64,000 nucleotides of DNA from Bugula neritina (taxonomy: Eukaryota; Animalia; Bryozoa): assembly GCA_964035545.1 (NCBI GenBank), contig OZ037767.1:17171781-17235780 (forward strand). The letters are read 5' to 3'. Below, one piece after another: positions 36,259-61,700 of this stretch. The first letter of the stretch is position 1. Every line of letters starts with the position of its first letter. The notes under the pieces were generated by a model. The model had not been told where the DNA came from. It saw only the letters and a list, made by a program, of their open reading frames with translations, and made no database searches. The position numbers and the translations under genes were made by a program.

Positions 36259-39200
36259 ATGGCGTCCATGTTTAGCGGACCGCTGACTCTTACAGATCTA
36301 GATGACTTCATAGCTCCCTCTCAGGAATGCATTAAACCTGTAAAGGTAGACAGAGTGCCTGGCGCATTCAAGAAATCTGGAGTTATTAAAATCGGTAAGA
36401 TTTTGTCAGTTTATTCAGCAGCATATGACTCATACACACAGCGTGTCAGCTTGTAAGTGTGACTACTTCCTGTAGATGATGACGGCGCTTACTCGGCTCT
36501 CAATGATGTCGGAGAAAGTTACAAACTGGAGAAAGTGTCTATAACTCTCAACGACTGTCTGGCCTGTAGTGGCTGCATCACGTCAGCGGAGTCTGTCCTC
36601 ATCACCCAGCAAAGTCAGCATGAAGTACGTCTAGTGTATACTACAGTAATAGTATGTTCTGTCTAGTGTATACTACAGTAATAGTATGTTCTGTGTAGTG
36701 TATACTACAGTAATAGTATGTTCTGTCTAGTGTATACTACAGTAATAGTGTGTTCTGTCTAGTGTATACTACAATGGCAAAAGAGAAAGGTGTGGGAGGC
36801 GTGGCTAGTAGCCTATGTAGGTGTGGCTAGTTGTCAATAAGAAGTTATACCAACACTGACTTTGTTGTAAGCTGATATACATTTACTTTGTCTGGAAGGT
36901 GAACAGAGCGTTATCAGAGAACAAGACTTGTGACATAGAGAATAGAAAGTTGATGGTGATCAGCATATCTCCACAATCTAGAGCCTCTCTTGCAGCTAAA
37001 TATAGCCTGAGTGTAGAAGAGACTGCGGGGCGGTTCACCACTTACCTTCACAGTATCGGTATGTATCTTAGGTTTGTAGCTACGAGTATGTGTGATGATA
37101 CTGGCAGTAGAATCACAGCTAAGGGAAGTTTTCTCTAAAACCTGCATACATTGACCCCTAAGGCTAATTATTTAGGGTTTGACTTGGTCCTAGACACCAC
37201 TGTCAGTAGAGAACTTAGTCTACTGGAGACGTGCAAGGAGTTTATAAGCAGGAAAGAGAAATATGACAAGGGAGATAAATCTTCACTTCCTATGCTCACC
37301 GGGATATGCCCAGGTGCGTTGCGACTGCATTCTATTTGCTAGAGATCGTGTTATTAGTGTCCGCGCTGTAGACATCATGTTGTGTCGACAGGCTGGGTGT
37401 GCTATGCTGAGAAGAGTCACGGGGAATACATCCTTCCTTATATCAGCAGCGTGAAGTCACCTCAGCAGATGATGGGCAGCATAGTGAAGGTACAGTAAGC
37501 TTTCTCTATACACAGTATTACTATGTCGTCTGCTATACACAGTATTACTATGTCGTCTGCTATACACAGTATTACTATGTCGTCTGCTATACACAGTATT
37601 ACTATGTCGTCTGCTCTACACAGTATTACTATGTCGTCTGCTATACACAGTATTACTATGTCGTCTGCTATACACAGTATTACTATGTAGTCTGCTATAC
37701 ACAGTATTACTATGTAGTCTGCTACACACAGTATTACTATGTCGTCTGCTCTACACAGTATTACTATGTCGTTTGCTATACACAGTATTACTATGTCGTC
37801 TGCTATACACAGTATTACTATGTCGTCTGCTATACACAGTATTACTATGTCGTCTGCTATACACAGTATTACTATGTCGTCTGCTATACACAGTATTACT
37901 ATGTCGTCTGCTATACACAGTATTACTATGTCGTCTGCTATACACAGTATTACTATGTCGTCTGCTATACACAGTATTACTATGTCGTCTGCTATACACA
38001 GTATTACTATGTTGTCTGCTATACACAGTATTACTATGTCGTCTGCTATACACAGTATTACTATGTCGTCTGCTATACACAGTATTACTATGTCGTCTGC
38101 TATACACAGTATTACTATGTCGTCTGCTATACACAGTATTACTATGTAGTCTGCTATACACAGTATTACTATGTCGTCTGCTATACACAGTATTACTATG
38201 TCGTCTGCTATACACAGTATTACTATGTCGTCTGTTATACACAGTATTACTATGTCGTCTGCTATACACAGTATTACTATGTCGTCTGCTACACACAGTA
38301 TTACTATGTAGTCTGCTATACACAGTATTACTATGTCGTCTGTTATACACAGTATTACTATGTCGTCTGCTATACACAGTATTACTATGTCGTCTGCTAT
38401 ACACAGTATTACTATGTAGTCTGCTATACACAGTATTACTATGTCGTCTGCTATACACAGTATTACTATGTAGTCTGCTATACACAGTATTACTATGTCG
38501 TCTGCTATACACAGTATTACTATGTCGTCTGCTATACACAGTATTACTATGTCGTCTGTTATACACAGTATTACTATGTCGTCTGCTATACACAGTATTA
38601 CTATGTCGTCTGCTACACACAGTATTACTATGTAGTCTGCTATACACAGTATTACTATGTCGTCTGTTATACACAGTATTACTATGTCGTCTGCTATACA
38701 CAGTATTACTATGTCATCTGCTATACACAGTATTACTATGTCGTCTGCTATACACAGTATTACTATGTCGTCTGTTATACACAGTATTACTATGTCGTCT
38801 GCTATACACAGTATTACTATGTCGTCTGCTATACACAGTATTACTATGTCGTCTGCTATACACAGTATTACTATGTCGTCTGCTATACACAGTATTACTA
38901 TGTCGTCTGCTCTACACAGTATTACTATGTCGTCTCTACACACAGTATTACTATGTAGTCTGCTATACACAGTATTACTATGTCGTCTGTTATACACAGT
39001 ATTACTATGTCGTCTGCTATACACAGTATTACTATGTCGTCTGCTATACACAGTATTACTATGTCGTCTGCTATACACAGTATTACTATGTCGTCTGTTA
39101 TACACAGTATTACTATGTCGTCTGCTATACACAGTATTACTATGTCGTCTGCTATACACAGTATTACTATGTCGTCTGCTATACACAGTATTACTATGTA

Positions 39201-40776
39201 GTCTGCTATACACAGTATTACTATGTTGTCTGCTATACACAGTATTACTATGTAGTCTGCTATACACAGTATTACTATGTCGTCTGCTATACACAGTATT
39301 ACTATGTCGTCTGCTATACACAGTATTACTATGTCGTCTGTTATACACAGTATTACTATGTCGTCTGCTATACACAGTATTACTATGCCGTCTGCTATAC
39401 ACAGTATTACTATGTCGTCTGCTATACACAGTATTACTATGTCGTCTCTACACACAGTATTACTATGTAGTCTGCTATACACAGTATTACTATGTAGTCT
39501 GCTATACACAGTATTACTATGTCGTCTGCTATACACAGTATTACTATGTAGTCTGCTATACACAGTATTACTATGTCGTCTGCTATACACAGTATTACCA
39601 TGTAGTCTGCTATACACAGTAGTACTATGTCGTCTGCTATACACAGTATTGCTGTGTCGTCTGTAATCGTCTCACTATTCTTTCCAGAACTTTCTAGCAT
39701 CTCAGAAGTCGCTCCTGCCGAGCCAGATTTACCACGTCACCCTGATGCCGTGCTACGACAAGAAGCTGGAGGCGAGCAGGCCGGACTTCCACAGCAAAGA
39801 GTTTGACTCTCAGGATGTGGACTGCGTCATTACCGCTAGTGAAGTGATAGAAATGATTGAGAGGGAAGGCAGACAACTCCCAGACTATGAGATGAGTCCT
39901 CTGGATAGAATATTTGATGAAGTTCCTACACACGTGTACTCTCATTCTGGGGGTGGCTCAGGTACGTCCCGTAATGCTGTCTTGTCTCTGTATTACCATC
40001 TTTGTATATCTGATATTGTAGAGTATAGTATATACTATATATTACAATAGTTGTGTATAGTATAATATAGTGTACAGTATAAAATAGTATACAGTATAGT
40101 ATACACAAGGAAGCAGCCGTGGTTTAGGGGTTAGAGCGTTGACTTAGTAAACGCAAAGTCATGGGTTTGAACCCCAGTAAAGGCCATTGACGATGTTAGG
40201 AAAAGCATCCAGTCATAATTGCTCCTGTGTCACTTCTAAATAAGTCCTTAGCCTTATTTAACAAACCTTTTTATCCAGGGTTTCTCATAGGGATAGGGAC
40301 TATAAACTTGTGTGAGTTTTTTATATAGTGTAGTATATAGTTCAGTATATAGTATAGCATATAGTATAGTATATAGTATATAGTATAGCATATAGTATAG
40401 TATATAGTATATAGTATAGCATATAGTATAGTATATAGTATAGTATATAGTATAGTATATGGTATCTGAATTACAGGAGGATATCTGGAACATGTATTTC
40501 TACACGCTGCCCGAACCCTCTACAACATCCAGTCTCCCGAGATAGAGTACACGGTGAAGAGGAACAAGGACCTACAGGAAGTCACGCTCACCCTCGCGGG
40601 AGAGAAGAAACTCAAGTTTGCTCTGGCTTACGGCTTCCGGAATATTCAGAATATCGTCCCGAAGATAAAGCAGAGGAGATGTCCGTATGACTTCGTGGAG
40701 GTGATGGCCTGTCCGTCAGGTCAGTTTCCTAACTAGTAGTACTAATAGTAGTATCACTCTGTAGTAGTAGTAGTAC

Positions 40777-40853
<77 letters not shown>

Positions 40854-40948
40854 CTAGTGGCAGTAGTAGTAGTAGTAATAGTAATAGTAGTGGTACTAGT
40901 GGCAGTAGTAGTAGTAGTAATAGTAGTAGTAATAGTGGTACTAGTGGC

Positions 40949-40979
<31 letters not shown>

Positions 40980-40999
40980 ATAGTAGTGGTACTAGTGGC

Positions 41000-41033
<34 letters not shown>

Positions 41034-41604
41034 ATAGTAGTGGTACTAGTGGCAGTAGTAGTAGTAGTAGTAGTAGTAGTAGTCACTGTGTATAGTACTA
41101 CTAGTAGTCACTGTATATAATCGCACTAATAGTATCACCGTATGTAGTAGTACTAGTAGTATCACTATATGTAGTATTACTAATAGTAGTCACTGTATAT
41201 AGTACTACTACTACTATTACTAATAGTAGCAGTAGTAGTAGTAGTCACTGTGTATAGTACTACTAGTAGTCACTGTGTATAGTACTACTAGTAGTCACTG
41301 TGTATAATAGTACTAGTAGTATCACTATATGTACTACTACTACTACTACTAATAGTGACTGTATTATGCAGGATGTCTGAACGGAGGGGGACAAGTCAAG
41401 GTCACGGGGTCAGACGACAGTAAAGACTTATTGAATCGGGTCACTGACCTATATAACACTAGTGAATGTAGGTCACCTGAGGATAGTGTGGTAGCTCAAC
41501 GTCTGTACGATGAGTGGCTGAGTGCGGACAACTCCCACACCCTCCTCACTACTCAGTATCACGCAGTCGAGAAATCTACTAACGCATTGACTATAAAGTG
41601 GTGA
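36259..41604 (+). CDS. CIAO3: Cytosolic iron-sulfur assembly component 3 (NARFL/IOP1/Nar1), 476 aa. Exons: 36259-36394, 36476-36624, 36899-37058, 37176-37313, 37392-37489, 39688-39961, 40477-40719, 41372-41604
   Basis: [98 protein letters not shown]-terminal W. Exons sum to 1431 nt in frame. Confidence 0.97.
37507..39663 (+). repeat. 27-bp minisatellite (~80 units; TATACACAGTATTACTATGTCGTCTGC) filling CIAO3 intron 5
   Basis: Directly visible; produces the spurious repetitive ORFs at 37462-39700. Confidence 0.97.
40109..40322 (+). mobile_element. tRNA-derived SINE, family A (CIAO3 intron)
   Basis: Colinear with the other two copies. Confidence 0.85.
40733..41355 (+). repeat. Compound (TAG)n microsatellite in the last CIAO3 intron
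   Basis: Directly visible. Confidence 0.95.
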
Positions 41605-43817
41605 CTCTATATTCACTGTGGTTATATACTAGCTGTTGATGGTGCTATATATTGTGTGTATAGATTTGATATGTTAGTGTAAGTCTAAGTATTGTAACAA
41701 TCTTCTAGAACGGTTTGTAAGATTGTGCCCTTACTGTGATTCTGTAGGGTTATGATTTTAACTGAACACAAATTTATATTATAATATTTCTAAATAAAAA
41801 CTGTGCATATTATATAGATTGTAGTTGTAGAAACCACATTCCACTCTCTGCAATGTTTGCATTTACTGACAGGCTTTTGATATAATGCATTTTCAAGAAC
41901 TCTAAAATAAAGTAAGAAATGTTGAAAGTTGAATGGCTGTCATTGTGATGGTTGTAATGGGTGGCAGTTAATTTCCTGTACTGTGATGCTTTACCTTCAA
42001 TTTGAATATCCTTTGAAATGCATCTCTATTCCAATTGAGTTATTATACCCACATCACTAATTCCTTTGTCACATTCAGTAATTATAGTTGAACAAATAAA
42101 TGTCTAAATTGTGAGTTTGAATAGCTGGCTGATATGTAAATATCTCTGCTGATATTATAGCCCTAGGCTGTGGAATTTTGCAGTAGTATTAACTGTGCAG
42201 GTATGATTAGTGCATTAGCTGAGTATAGTGTACAGGTACGTGAAATATAATAGTTTCTTCCCAGGAGTTATTTATCATTATTCTAATTTAGAAGACGGAA
42301 TTTAGCTGCAGATGGTAAGTACAGCCTGTAAATAGATTTTAGCTACCATTTAAAACTATTAGGAGTTATGTTTCCTTAGAGATCTTGCCAAAAATTAGTA
42401 TTGAAGTAAAAAGCAGCTTGCTTTTTCTGCACATATTGTTTCGTATTTTATACTCTAGAATATAATCTATCAACTTTCATTCCTTGAGCTCTCCTTGCAG
42501 TTCACGTATAAGTTATTCCCACCAATTAGAATACCTATAGTAATCCCTTTATTATATCTAATTTAGGCGTAAAATCTTTGTACTTCTACTATATGAACCT
42601 ATTCTAGAATAATAACTTTTCTACTTGCTAAATCCAACTGAACTGTTGGACACAGACTGGTTACTTCAGTATAAATAACTGGTAGTTTCCAGTAGCTATT
42701 AAAAATAGCTTTCCCCATACATCACAGTGAAGGTAGCCCAAGCATGCTCCACATTCATTTATGATAGCTATTGGTAATCCTTACTCTAGAATATTCCTAT
42801 TGTATTTTAAACTCTGAGATGTTATTTAAGTTAGAGTAACTTATAAAAAGCTAGAACTGATTTTGGTCATCATTTAGAGTAAATTAATAATAGTGGAACG
42901 GTAGACTTTTTCAACTTTCATTAATTGTGATTTCTTAGACGGATTTGGTCAACTCCTAACCAAGAGACATAACTTCAGTGTGAGGAATGATAGCCCAAGT
43001 CGTACTTGGTATAGTAACTTATTTAGTTTGCCAGCTAGACTGTAGCGCTACACACTAGCTTGTCATAATAGCAGATAGTGTGGCATGGTAGTAGCGAAGG
43101 GATGATGGGAATAATGTACTGTTGAAGTAGATATCCTATATGTTGAGTGTCCTCACCCATACTGTTACTATAGTTACCAGTAAACAGATAATATGGCCAC
43201 CTCTCAGCCTGTTACTCAAGTGTCATATAGATATAATGAATAATTCAGTGAGGAGTGTATTAAATGACATAATTAGTTCAATATAGTGATATTCCTTCAC
43301 TTACAACAGCTTTTCCTGTGGGTACAATATTCTATATAGTAACAGATAGTACAGGCATTGACATACTTGCAGCTTAGACCGATTTCAACTGATAGTAGAG
43401 ATACAGGATTATCTATATGGCAGTAAGTTGGGCACATTCTCCTACTGGTACTGAGGCTATATATTAGAAATTATGTGTTTAGTAGGCTATGACTCATGCA
43501 TGTCATTCATATACTTGTGTGGGAAGCATTTGAGAGCAGTAGTGGAGATGTTTAATTTCTTTACTTTTATTATTAAATTTTAGTTTGGGGCGCGGGTTGG
43601 AATTCTCCCGAGAACATAACTTCTTATGCTTCATTCTTAATTTTGAACACAGCTGCTCTTCTCAATTTCTTCGTTACTTCAGCTACCTCTTTAAAAGGCA
43701 CATTTTGATGGGAAGTAAAATTTAATAGTGTATTTAAATATACAGTGAAATACATGACTATTTGATGGAGTAATGCAATTTCTTCCAGGTAACAACTGCA
43801 CATAACGAGATGAAATA

Positions 43818-54489
<10,672 letters not shown>

Positions 54490-55747
54490 GTAGATCTGGT
54501 TATTTATGTTAATCAATAAGCCAAATTATCACATTGTTGGTTTACTACTAATACTGGTTCAAATTACCCTTTTTATGCAAAATTATATCAGAGTAGTTGT
54601 ATTTTTTTATTCATTTTTATACAATAAAATTTACTTTTTGTATATTCTAAACTTTAAATTTTGGTTTTGTTTGTTTTATGGCACTGCAGATAAAATTAGG
54701 ATGAAGGTTCAAAGAGTTGATAAACTTGTGATACCTATTGTATATTGGCTGAGTTATTGTGATTCATTGATTATATTGTATTGTGTTGAATATATTTTAT
54801 TGTATAGACTAGAATGTATTGTATACAATAGATTATGCTATAATGAACAAATTATATTTTATAGAACATTATATAACCCAGCTATTTCTATTCCTATACA
54901 TAATGCACGCAGAAAATTGCATGTGTTCAACTCCCAATGCTATGTTTTAGTTGAATAGTTTTCTTTTAACAAAAATAACATTTACTCAGAAATCTATAGC
55001 ATTTATTTGTTGAAAAGACCAAATTATTTTGCATTCATGAGTTACAACTTTAAATACAATTGTACCAGTAATAAATGAAGAATAACAGCTATATAACATG
55101 TTTATAGAAAGGATTTGCCCACGACTGTTTACCATGAGATGTGCTAACGACTGTAGCTTCTATTTCGCCTCACAGCTCATCTTCACCTGACATTATTGAT
55201 TTTATGACAACCAAATATTTAGTTACCCTAGCACACGAACAAACATAACTAAAGCAGTAGCAATTAATCAATAGATTGGCTATTATTTGTTGAACTGTTC
55301 TTTTGTCATCTTCTCTCTTTAACACGTAATAACAATTCCATGCCTGACAAGTGTCTTTTAGTGACAGTCCCGGGAGAGATTTGTCAGGATGTGATTCAGT
55401 AACTTCACGAAATCTCAGAGGTAAAGCATTGTCAGATTACCGACTATCTACAGAGGAACACATTGTACAGGTAATGTGCGTATTACATTATTAACTAACA
55501 CATTGTCATGTATTGTGATGCCATAGGAAACCATAAACGTTGGGTTCAATGTGCAAAGTGTGCCATGTCAGAAGCAGCACTTATCCTCAAGTGTTTGCTG
55601 ACAGCGTCTCTATTTAAACTCAAGATTTACTTTAACTGAAATCAATAATATTAGAAAAGTTTAGTCAATTAGCCAGCATTAATAAGGGCATTAGTTTAAT
55701 GTGACAACGACGACGAGGCTGAAACAACACTGAGGACACTTGAGAAA

Positions 55748-58700
55748 ATGACCCGTCGCGGGACTTTGTATCAGCAAATTCTAACAAAAAGACATCAAAT
55801 AGAAAACCCTAAACTGCTTGATGCAGAAAAAGAAAAAGATCGGCAAGCAAAGTTGCTGAAAGAGTTTGAGGATAATGTCAGTTTGATTCGAGCAGTAAAA
55901 TCAACAACACAACAGGATGTCCAAAGAGCTGCCACGCAGTCAGCTAAAACTGAGCCTCCTCAGAACTCCAGTATGAGTCATTATGGTGGATGTGACGTGA
56001 AGCTGTCATATCAAAGAAATATTTTTTTAGAGGACAACTGATGCTGGATTTCCAGTGGAAACTGAATTCATTATTATATTTGTTATTCATTAATTGTAAT
56101 TCTTTATGTTTATAACATTTTGTAACGCTAACTTTTAAACTTCTTTTGTTAAATATATTTGCTTATTTGGAATATATTATTGTTATGTAACTGTTTGGCA
56201 GCAATGGCGTTTCGCACCAGTAAGATATTCAAAGCTCTGGATAAACATGAAGCCTCAACTCCACAGACTGTGAGAGACGCACTGGCTGGGGGAGAAGATG
56301 CTGAAATGATTGACAGTTCTACAGGTAAATGCTGTCACTTTGCTCACCTGGACAGCTGTAGACTTTTACCATACGATGCAATCTTTATTTTAGGGTATCA
56401 GTTCAGCTATAAGATACTTGGTGTTCTGAACAGTTCCATCTATGTTCTGAGTTTGGGAAATCTTAAAACAAGAATGCTGGCGACAGCTAAACTGTCTTCA
56501 TAGTTTCTTATTATAAACTTAATCCTTTGTTTGAAACTTCCAGAAATTTAAAAATATTCTAACCAAGTTATGCAAGTCTGCAAATTTTTACGGATATTAC
56601 TTGACTGACATGACTTGACTTATATGACTTGAAATGTTGGGACTTGACTGAGATGTGACTTCACTCTGTGCTGGTTAAATACATTAAACATTGCGTGCTG
56701 CTGAAAAGCTTATATTATACAATCTCTATGAATAAAGTGTATCTAAGGAAAATAATATTATGTGAGCACTTTGATCATATATAATATTATATGATTTTAC
56801 ATTGTGAAAATATTTTGCTAGAGAATAAATGTCATGTAAATACTTCTTGCTGAGTTAAGAAGTTCTGTTAATCAACCCTATACATAGAAACTCCTGTGGT
56901 GCCGAAATCTCTACGACATATGAATAGAAATGTTCTATGAGCAGCTCAGAGTTGGGGTTCCAACCTAATTCCCCAGTTTCCAAACTTGGGACTCACAAAC
57001 TACTGCACTCATTCACCTCTAACTTGGAGCTGCTTATAGAAAGACTCATGAATGAGTGTGTATATTGTATAAGATGCAACTTAACCTGAGTTCTAACAGC
57101 TACCTCTTTGCGGGCAGGTCGAGGGTTTGTCCACAAAATAGTGGAGATGTTTGAAGCTCCAAGAGAAGATGAGTTTCTAGAATCCCAGATGATTCCCTCG
57201 ATGGTTAGCCTTGTATCCTCCGGTGCAAATATCAATTTGAGAGACACGGATGGGAACACCCCACTACATCTCGCTTTCATTCTAGACTCTGGGGCTAAAG
57301 TATGTCAAATAGAAAACTCAGTCTAAGGTTTGGTTTAAAAGCTGTGAATTGTTTTCATCTGCCCCAGTCTGACAATAGATTTGAGTCGCAAGCTCTTTGT
57401 TGTTGAAGGTAGTAAACACACTAGTCAAGTTGGGTGCAGACCTCACTATACTCAACGAGAGCAGCCAGAAAGTTGGAGACTTGATTGGCAAGACAACCGA
57501 CCCTCACATGGTGAAGGCTTTGGGTGAGTCAGCATATAGTATATTACATAATACTCAGGTAGCATATTACATAATACTCAGGTAGTATATTACATAATAC
57601 CCAGGTCTGATGGTACCTGGACTGTGGCATGCAATGGAGTCTGATGACAAGGAGAAAGTAAAGGCAATGCTAGAGTACTGGTGTAAAATAGACATCAGTG
57701 TTGATGGAGTGTCGCTAATAGAAAGAGCCAAAGAGAAAGGCAATACAGAGATCATTGAACTGTTGCAAGTGAGTAGAGTTATATCTTGTACATTCTTATA
57801 TACTGTGTGTTGTGTACCTGAACATGTACACTCTGTACCTACACATGTACACTCTGTACCTGAACATGTACACTCTGTACCTACACATGTACACTCTGTA
57901 CCTACACATATACACTCTGTACCTACACATGTAAACTTTGTACCTACACATGTACACTCTGTACCTACACATGTACACTCGACAGGATTATTGGCCCATG
58001 AACCAGCTGATTTATGCGGCTCTGGTACAAGACACAAAGAAAGTAAAAAAGATTCTAAAGAAAGAGAAGATAAACCTCGATATGAAAGACAACAGCGTGA
58101 TAGATGATGAGGGGTGTCAGGTGCAGCTGACTCTACTAGGTGAGCCAATCAGAGGGACTGTTACAAAACTGCAAATATTATTGTAGCCAACAGGGCTTTA
58201 GAATAAGAAGTAACATGTTCATCTTTGTACTAGTGACTTTTGCATGTGTGTTTAGGGTAGCATAACTCCAAGCTATATGGTGCTGTCATTTGAATAGGCA
58301 GCTAATAGGTCATCAACAGCTGTTTTACTCGTCTCTCTGCTGCTGCTGCTGACAGCATATTTTAGTGTCTCCAGTATTTCCTTTCATTCCAAGTGTTTTT
58401 CTAGCAAAGAGAAGACAACTTTAATATAAGCTACATGTGCGTTACCATAGCGACATACTAACAACCCTGGTAGTTTCGTCACAAATAAAACTATAATTGA
58501 TATAAAAGTACAGCTTGTGTATCTAGCTAGAAGCAGTTAAGGGTTATATATTATTGTATGGTAATGCTTTAGCATATGTAATTAGCTAGGATAGCTAGCT
58601 TTGCAATATTTTGTTTATTACGCATGTTTTCATATTTTGCTACACTTTGATATGCAATAGAATTTAAATAGTTTATTCTATAACATAATGCGGTTACAAT

Positions 58701-61700
58701 GTTGGCAGCAGCTAACATAGAAAGGAAAATTGCTAAGTACATACTAAATATTGAGTGTAGACTACTCCAAGATAAAGCAGCACATTTACAAACTACTGTA
58801 CAATATTGTAGCCTCTGTACCAGGAAATGTTTGATGCTGTAGCTTTCCATTTCAGGAGAGTGTCTGATGCTAAACCTGTTTGAGTCAGCCATCTATCTCA
58901 TGGATAGAGGGGCGTTCATCAACGAGCCTATCCAAGTTGGAGAACAAATGGAGCCAGTCTACTTCTATCTCATGAAGAATAACCCCTCCCTTGTGTTTAG
59001 CCCAGTTTTCAGCACACTGATAGAAAGAGCAGATTTGAAGCTAATTAAACAATTCAGGTTAGATCTCAAGCTAAATTTGTTCTTAAAGAACTCTGCTATA
59101 TATTGGTAAAATGTAATATTAATAGCATATGATAATATAGCGTTGTTACATGTCATGTGATAGGCTGTATATTACTGTGTAGTGTTGTTACATGTCATGT
59201 GATAGGCTGTATATTACTGTGTAGTGTTGTTACATGTCATGTGATAAGCTAATGTTACTGTGTAGTGTTGTTACATGTCATGTGATAGGCTAATGTTACT
59301 GTGTAGTGTTGTTACATGTCATGTGATAGGCTAATGTTACTGTGTAGCGTTGTTAAATGTCATGTGATAGGCTAATGTTACTGTATAGTGTCGGTGTACT
59401 CTACACTGGATACACAAATGCTTGGCCCTCCGAGGCTGTCAGTCAACTCGCAGATAACGGCCTTGACCTCACGGGGAGAAATGAAGATGGCTACACGGTG
59501 CGAGACAATATACTTGTACAGGTATGTGGAATAACAGGGATGTTCAACACTGTCATAGTATTAGAATATTATTTTCCTGGCATCAACTGGTACATATGTG
59601 TGTTGGGAGTTGTGCTCTTATATGTGGAATACTTTTCCTCAGTGCCATGAATTATTTTCCCACTCTTATACTATTGTTTTATTTAAGGTGGCATTTTATC
59701 CGAGGAGAAAGAGATTGGAGAAGCTGCAATATGTAGATCAGTACATAATTAAACTAGCATCTGAAGGTATGCAGTACATCTAGTAATATTTAAGTTGTAG
59801 CAATCATCTAATATATATATAATAATAGTCTTGTAATGTATGTATATAATAATATATATCATCATATGACAAACCAATGACATGGTAACATAACTACTAA
59901 GTATAAAAACATGGTATGGTTAGAGTCATAAAGTTATGCAACAACAAAAACATTTTCAACACTTTCTAAAGCTAGTATAAAGATGTGAAAGTTCTAAAAT
60001 AAAAATGTAGTACTTTATTATTCAGCCAATCACCGTGCTCAGAAATCTTGACCAATTATTTCATTCTATGCTAACTAGCATGACTATATTCTAGTTGGGC
60101 TCTGTTACAACACCCTCATAAAGCTAGTATAGCGCTGTAAACTAAGTTCTCAGTCTATCTCTCACCGTAGGAAACCTAGACAGGCTGAAGGACATAGCCA
60201 ACAGTGGCTACACCAACCTTAACATCAGAGACACCAAAGGTAGACCGTGCTCATACCTGGCAAGGAAAGAAGGCCACAAAGAGGTCTCCGAGTGGCTGGA
60301 TAACATCAATGAAGTATTCGTAAGTTCCCAGTCTACTGCTTGCATTGTTTATTTTAATGTTACTTTCTATGCAAGTGCAGCTTATCAACTCAATTATTAG
60401 CAATTGTGGTTTTGCCTGTTGCAAATGTTACCATCAATATTTAAGGGAAATTCCTATATAACTTGCTTTTAATTTCAAAGTATATGAACATAGTAGAAAC
60501 TTTAAAAAACCTATAAGCTGTTGTGGTAGGTGAGCAAATTGACTTCGCATTTCTAGTAACAAATTGGCTATTCTTCTAGTTGTGTTTCCAATTGGCATCT
60601 CTACTAGGAGAGATTGCAATTGACGTCTCTACTAGGAGAGATTGCAATTGACATCTCTACTAGGAGAGATTGCAATTGCCATCTCTCCTAGCATGGTTTG
60701 GCATAGTTATAGTTACTAGGAGAATTACAAATCCTACTAGGAGAGATTGCAATTGTCATCTCTCCTAGGAAACATTGCAATTGACATATTTACTAGGAGA
60801 GATTGCAATTGCCATTTCTCCTAGCATGGTTTGGCATAGTTACTAGGAGAATTACAAATCCTACTTGGAGAGATTACAACTGTCATCTTCACTAGGAGAT
60901 ATTGCAATTGTTATCTCTACTAGGATGAATGCGCATGGTTACTAGGAATATGGGAGGTAGGAATATGACAGCTAACCCATTTATTGTATTTAGAGCAAGC
61001 ATGCCTTCAGTACTGCAGTATGTAGAGTTGAGTTTCTCCAGTAGTCCCTGTGGTTCAATCGTTAGCATGCCCGCTTGCAAGCTGGAAGTTTCGGGTTTGA
61101 ATCCCAGTTCAGGCAAAAGTTTTCTATAGATGTGAATTATAATAATATTTGTATTTTCACTTGTAGAAGAACGTGCACACTCTCCATGAGTACATCAGAC
61201 AGGCCAACTTAGCCAAGGCTCGAGAGTATCTAACTGATGAGTCAGCATTTGTCTGCGATCGAGCTGGAAGGTCGTCTCTGCACATGGCAGTTCTGTTTGA
61301 GAGGAGATTTGTGATCAAGTACATTCTCAAGTCATACCCGGCCACCGTACACATCAAGGATGACGTAAGATCAACTGTGGACATACTTTAACTAATCACC
61401 TACTAGTCTCTTCCACTCTCTTACTAAGCAGTGATGGTTGATACATTAGTAAACTGTATCAGCTTTGCAGAATGGCTGAAAATTATACACTGAAACAAAC
61501 TTCATATCTTTTGTGCAAGTATTGTGTTTTATGATGTAGAAGCGTTGCTCTATTGTGAAAATGTATGTACATTTCTTTATAGAATGGTAGAACAGCTATG
61601 CACTACGCGTGTGCTCTTCAAGATGGTTCGGATATCGAGGATCTCCTGGTGCAGTACGGTTCTGATGAGACCATTCAAGATGATGTGAGTTACATTATAC

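Noticed and set aside
37507-39663. CRISPR-like regular repeat array (also 13615-13925 and 45410-46535)
   Set aside because: The units are head-to-tail with no unique spacers, there are no cas genes, and the context is eukaryotic.
37462-39700. Long ORFs of 129-655 aa on both strands
   Set aside because: They are translations of a 27-bp intronic minisatellite. The flanking CIAO3 exons join in frame across it.
40754-41120. Poly-Thr and poly-Val ORFs
   Set aside because: They come from an intronic (TAG)n microsatellite.
54506-54958. 150-aa hydrophobic ORF
   Set aside because: It is AT-rich 3' UTR or intergenic sequence with compositionally biased residues and no motifs.
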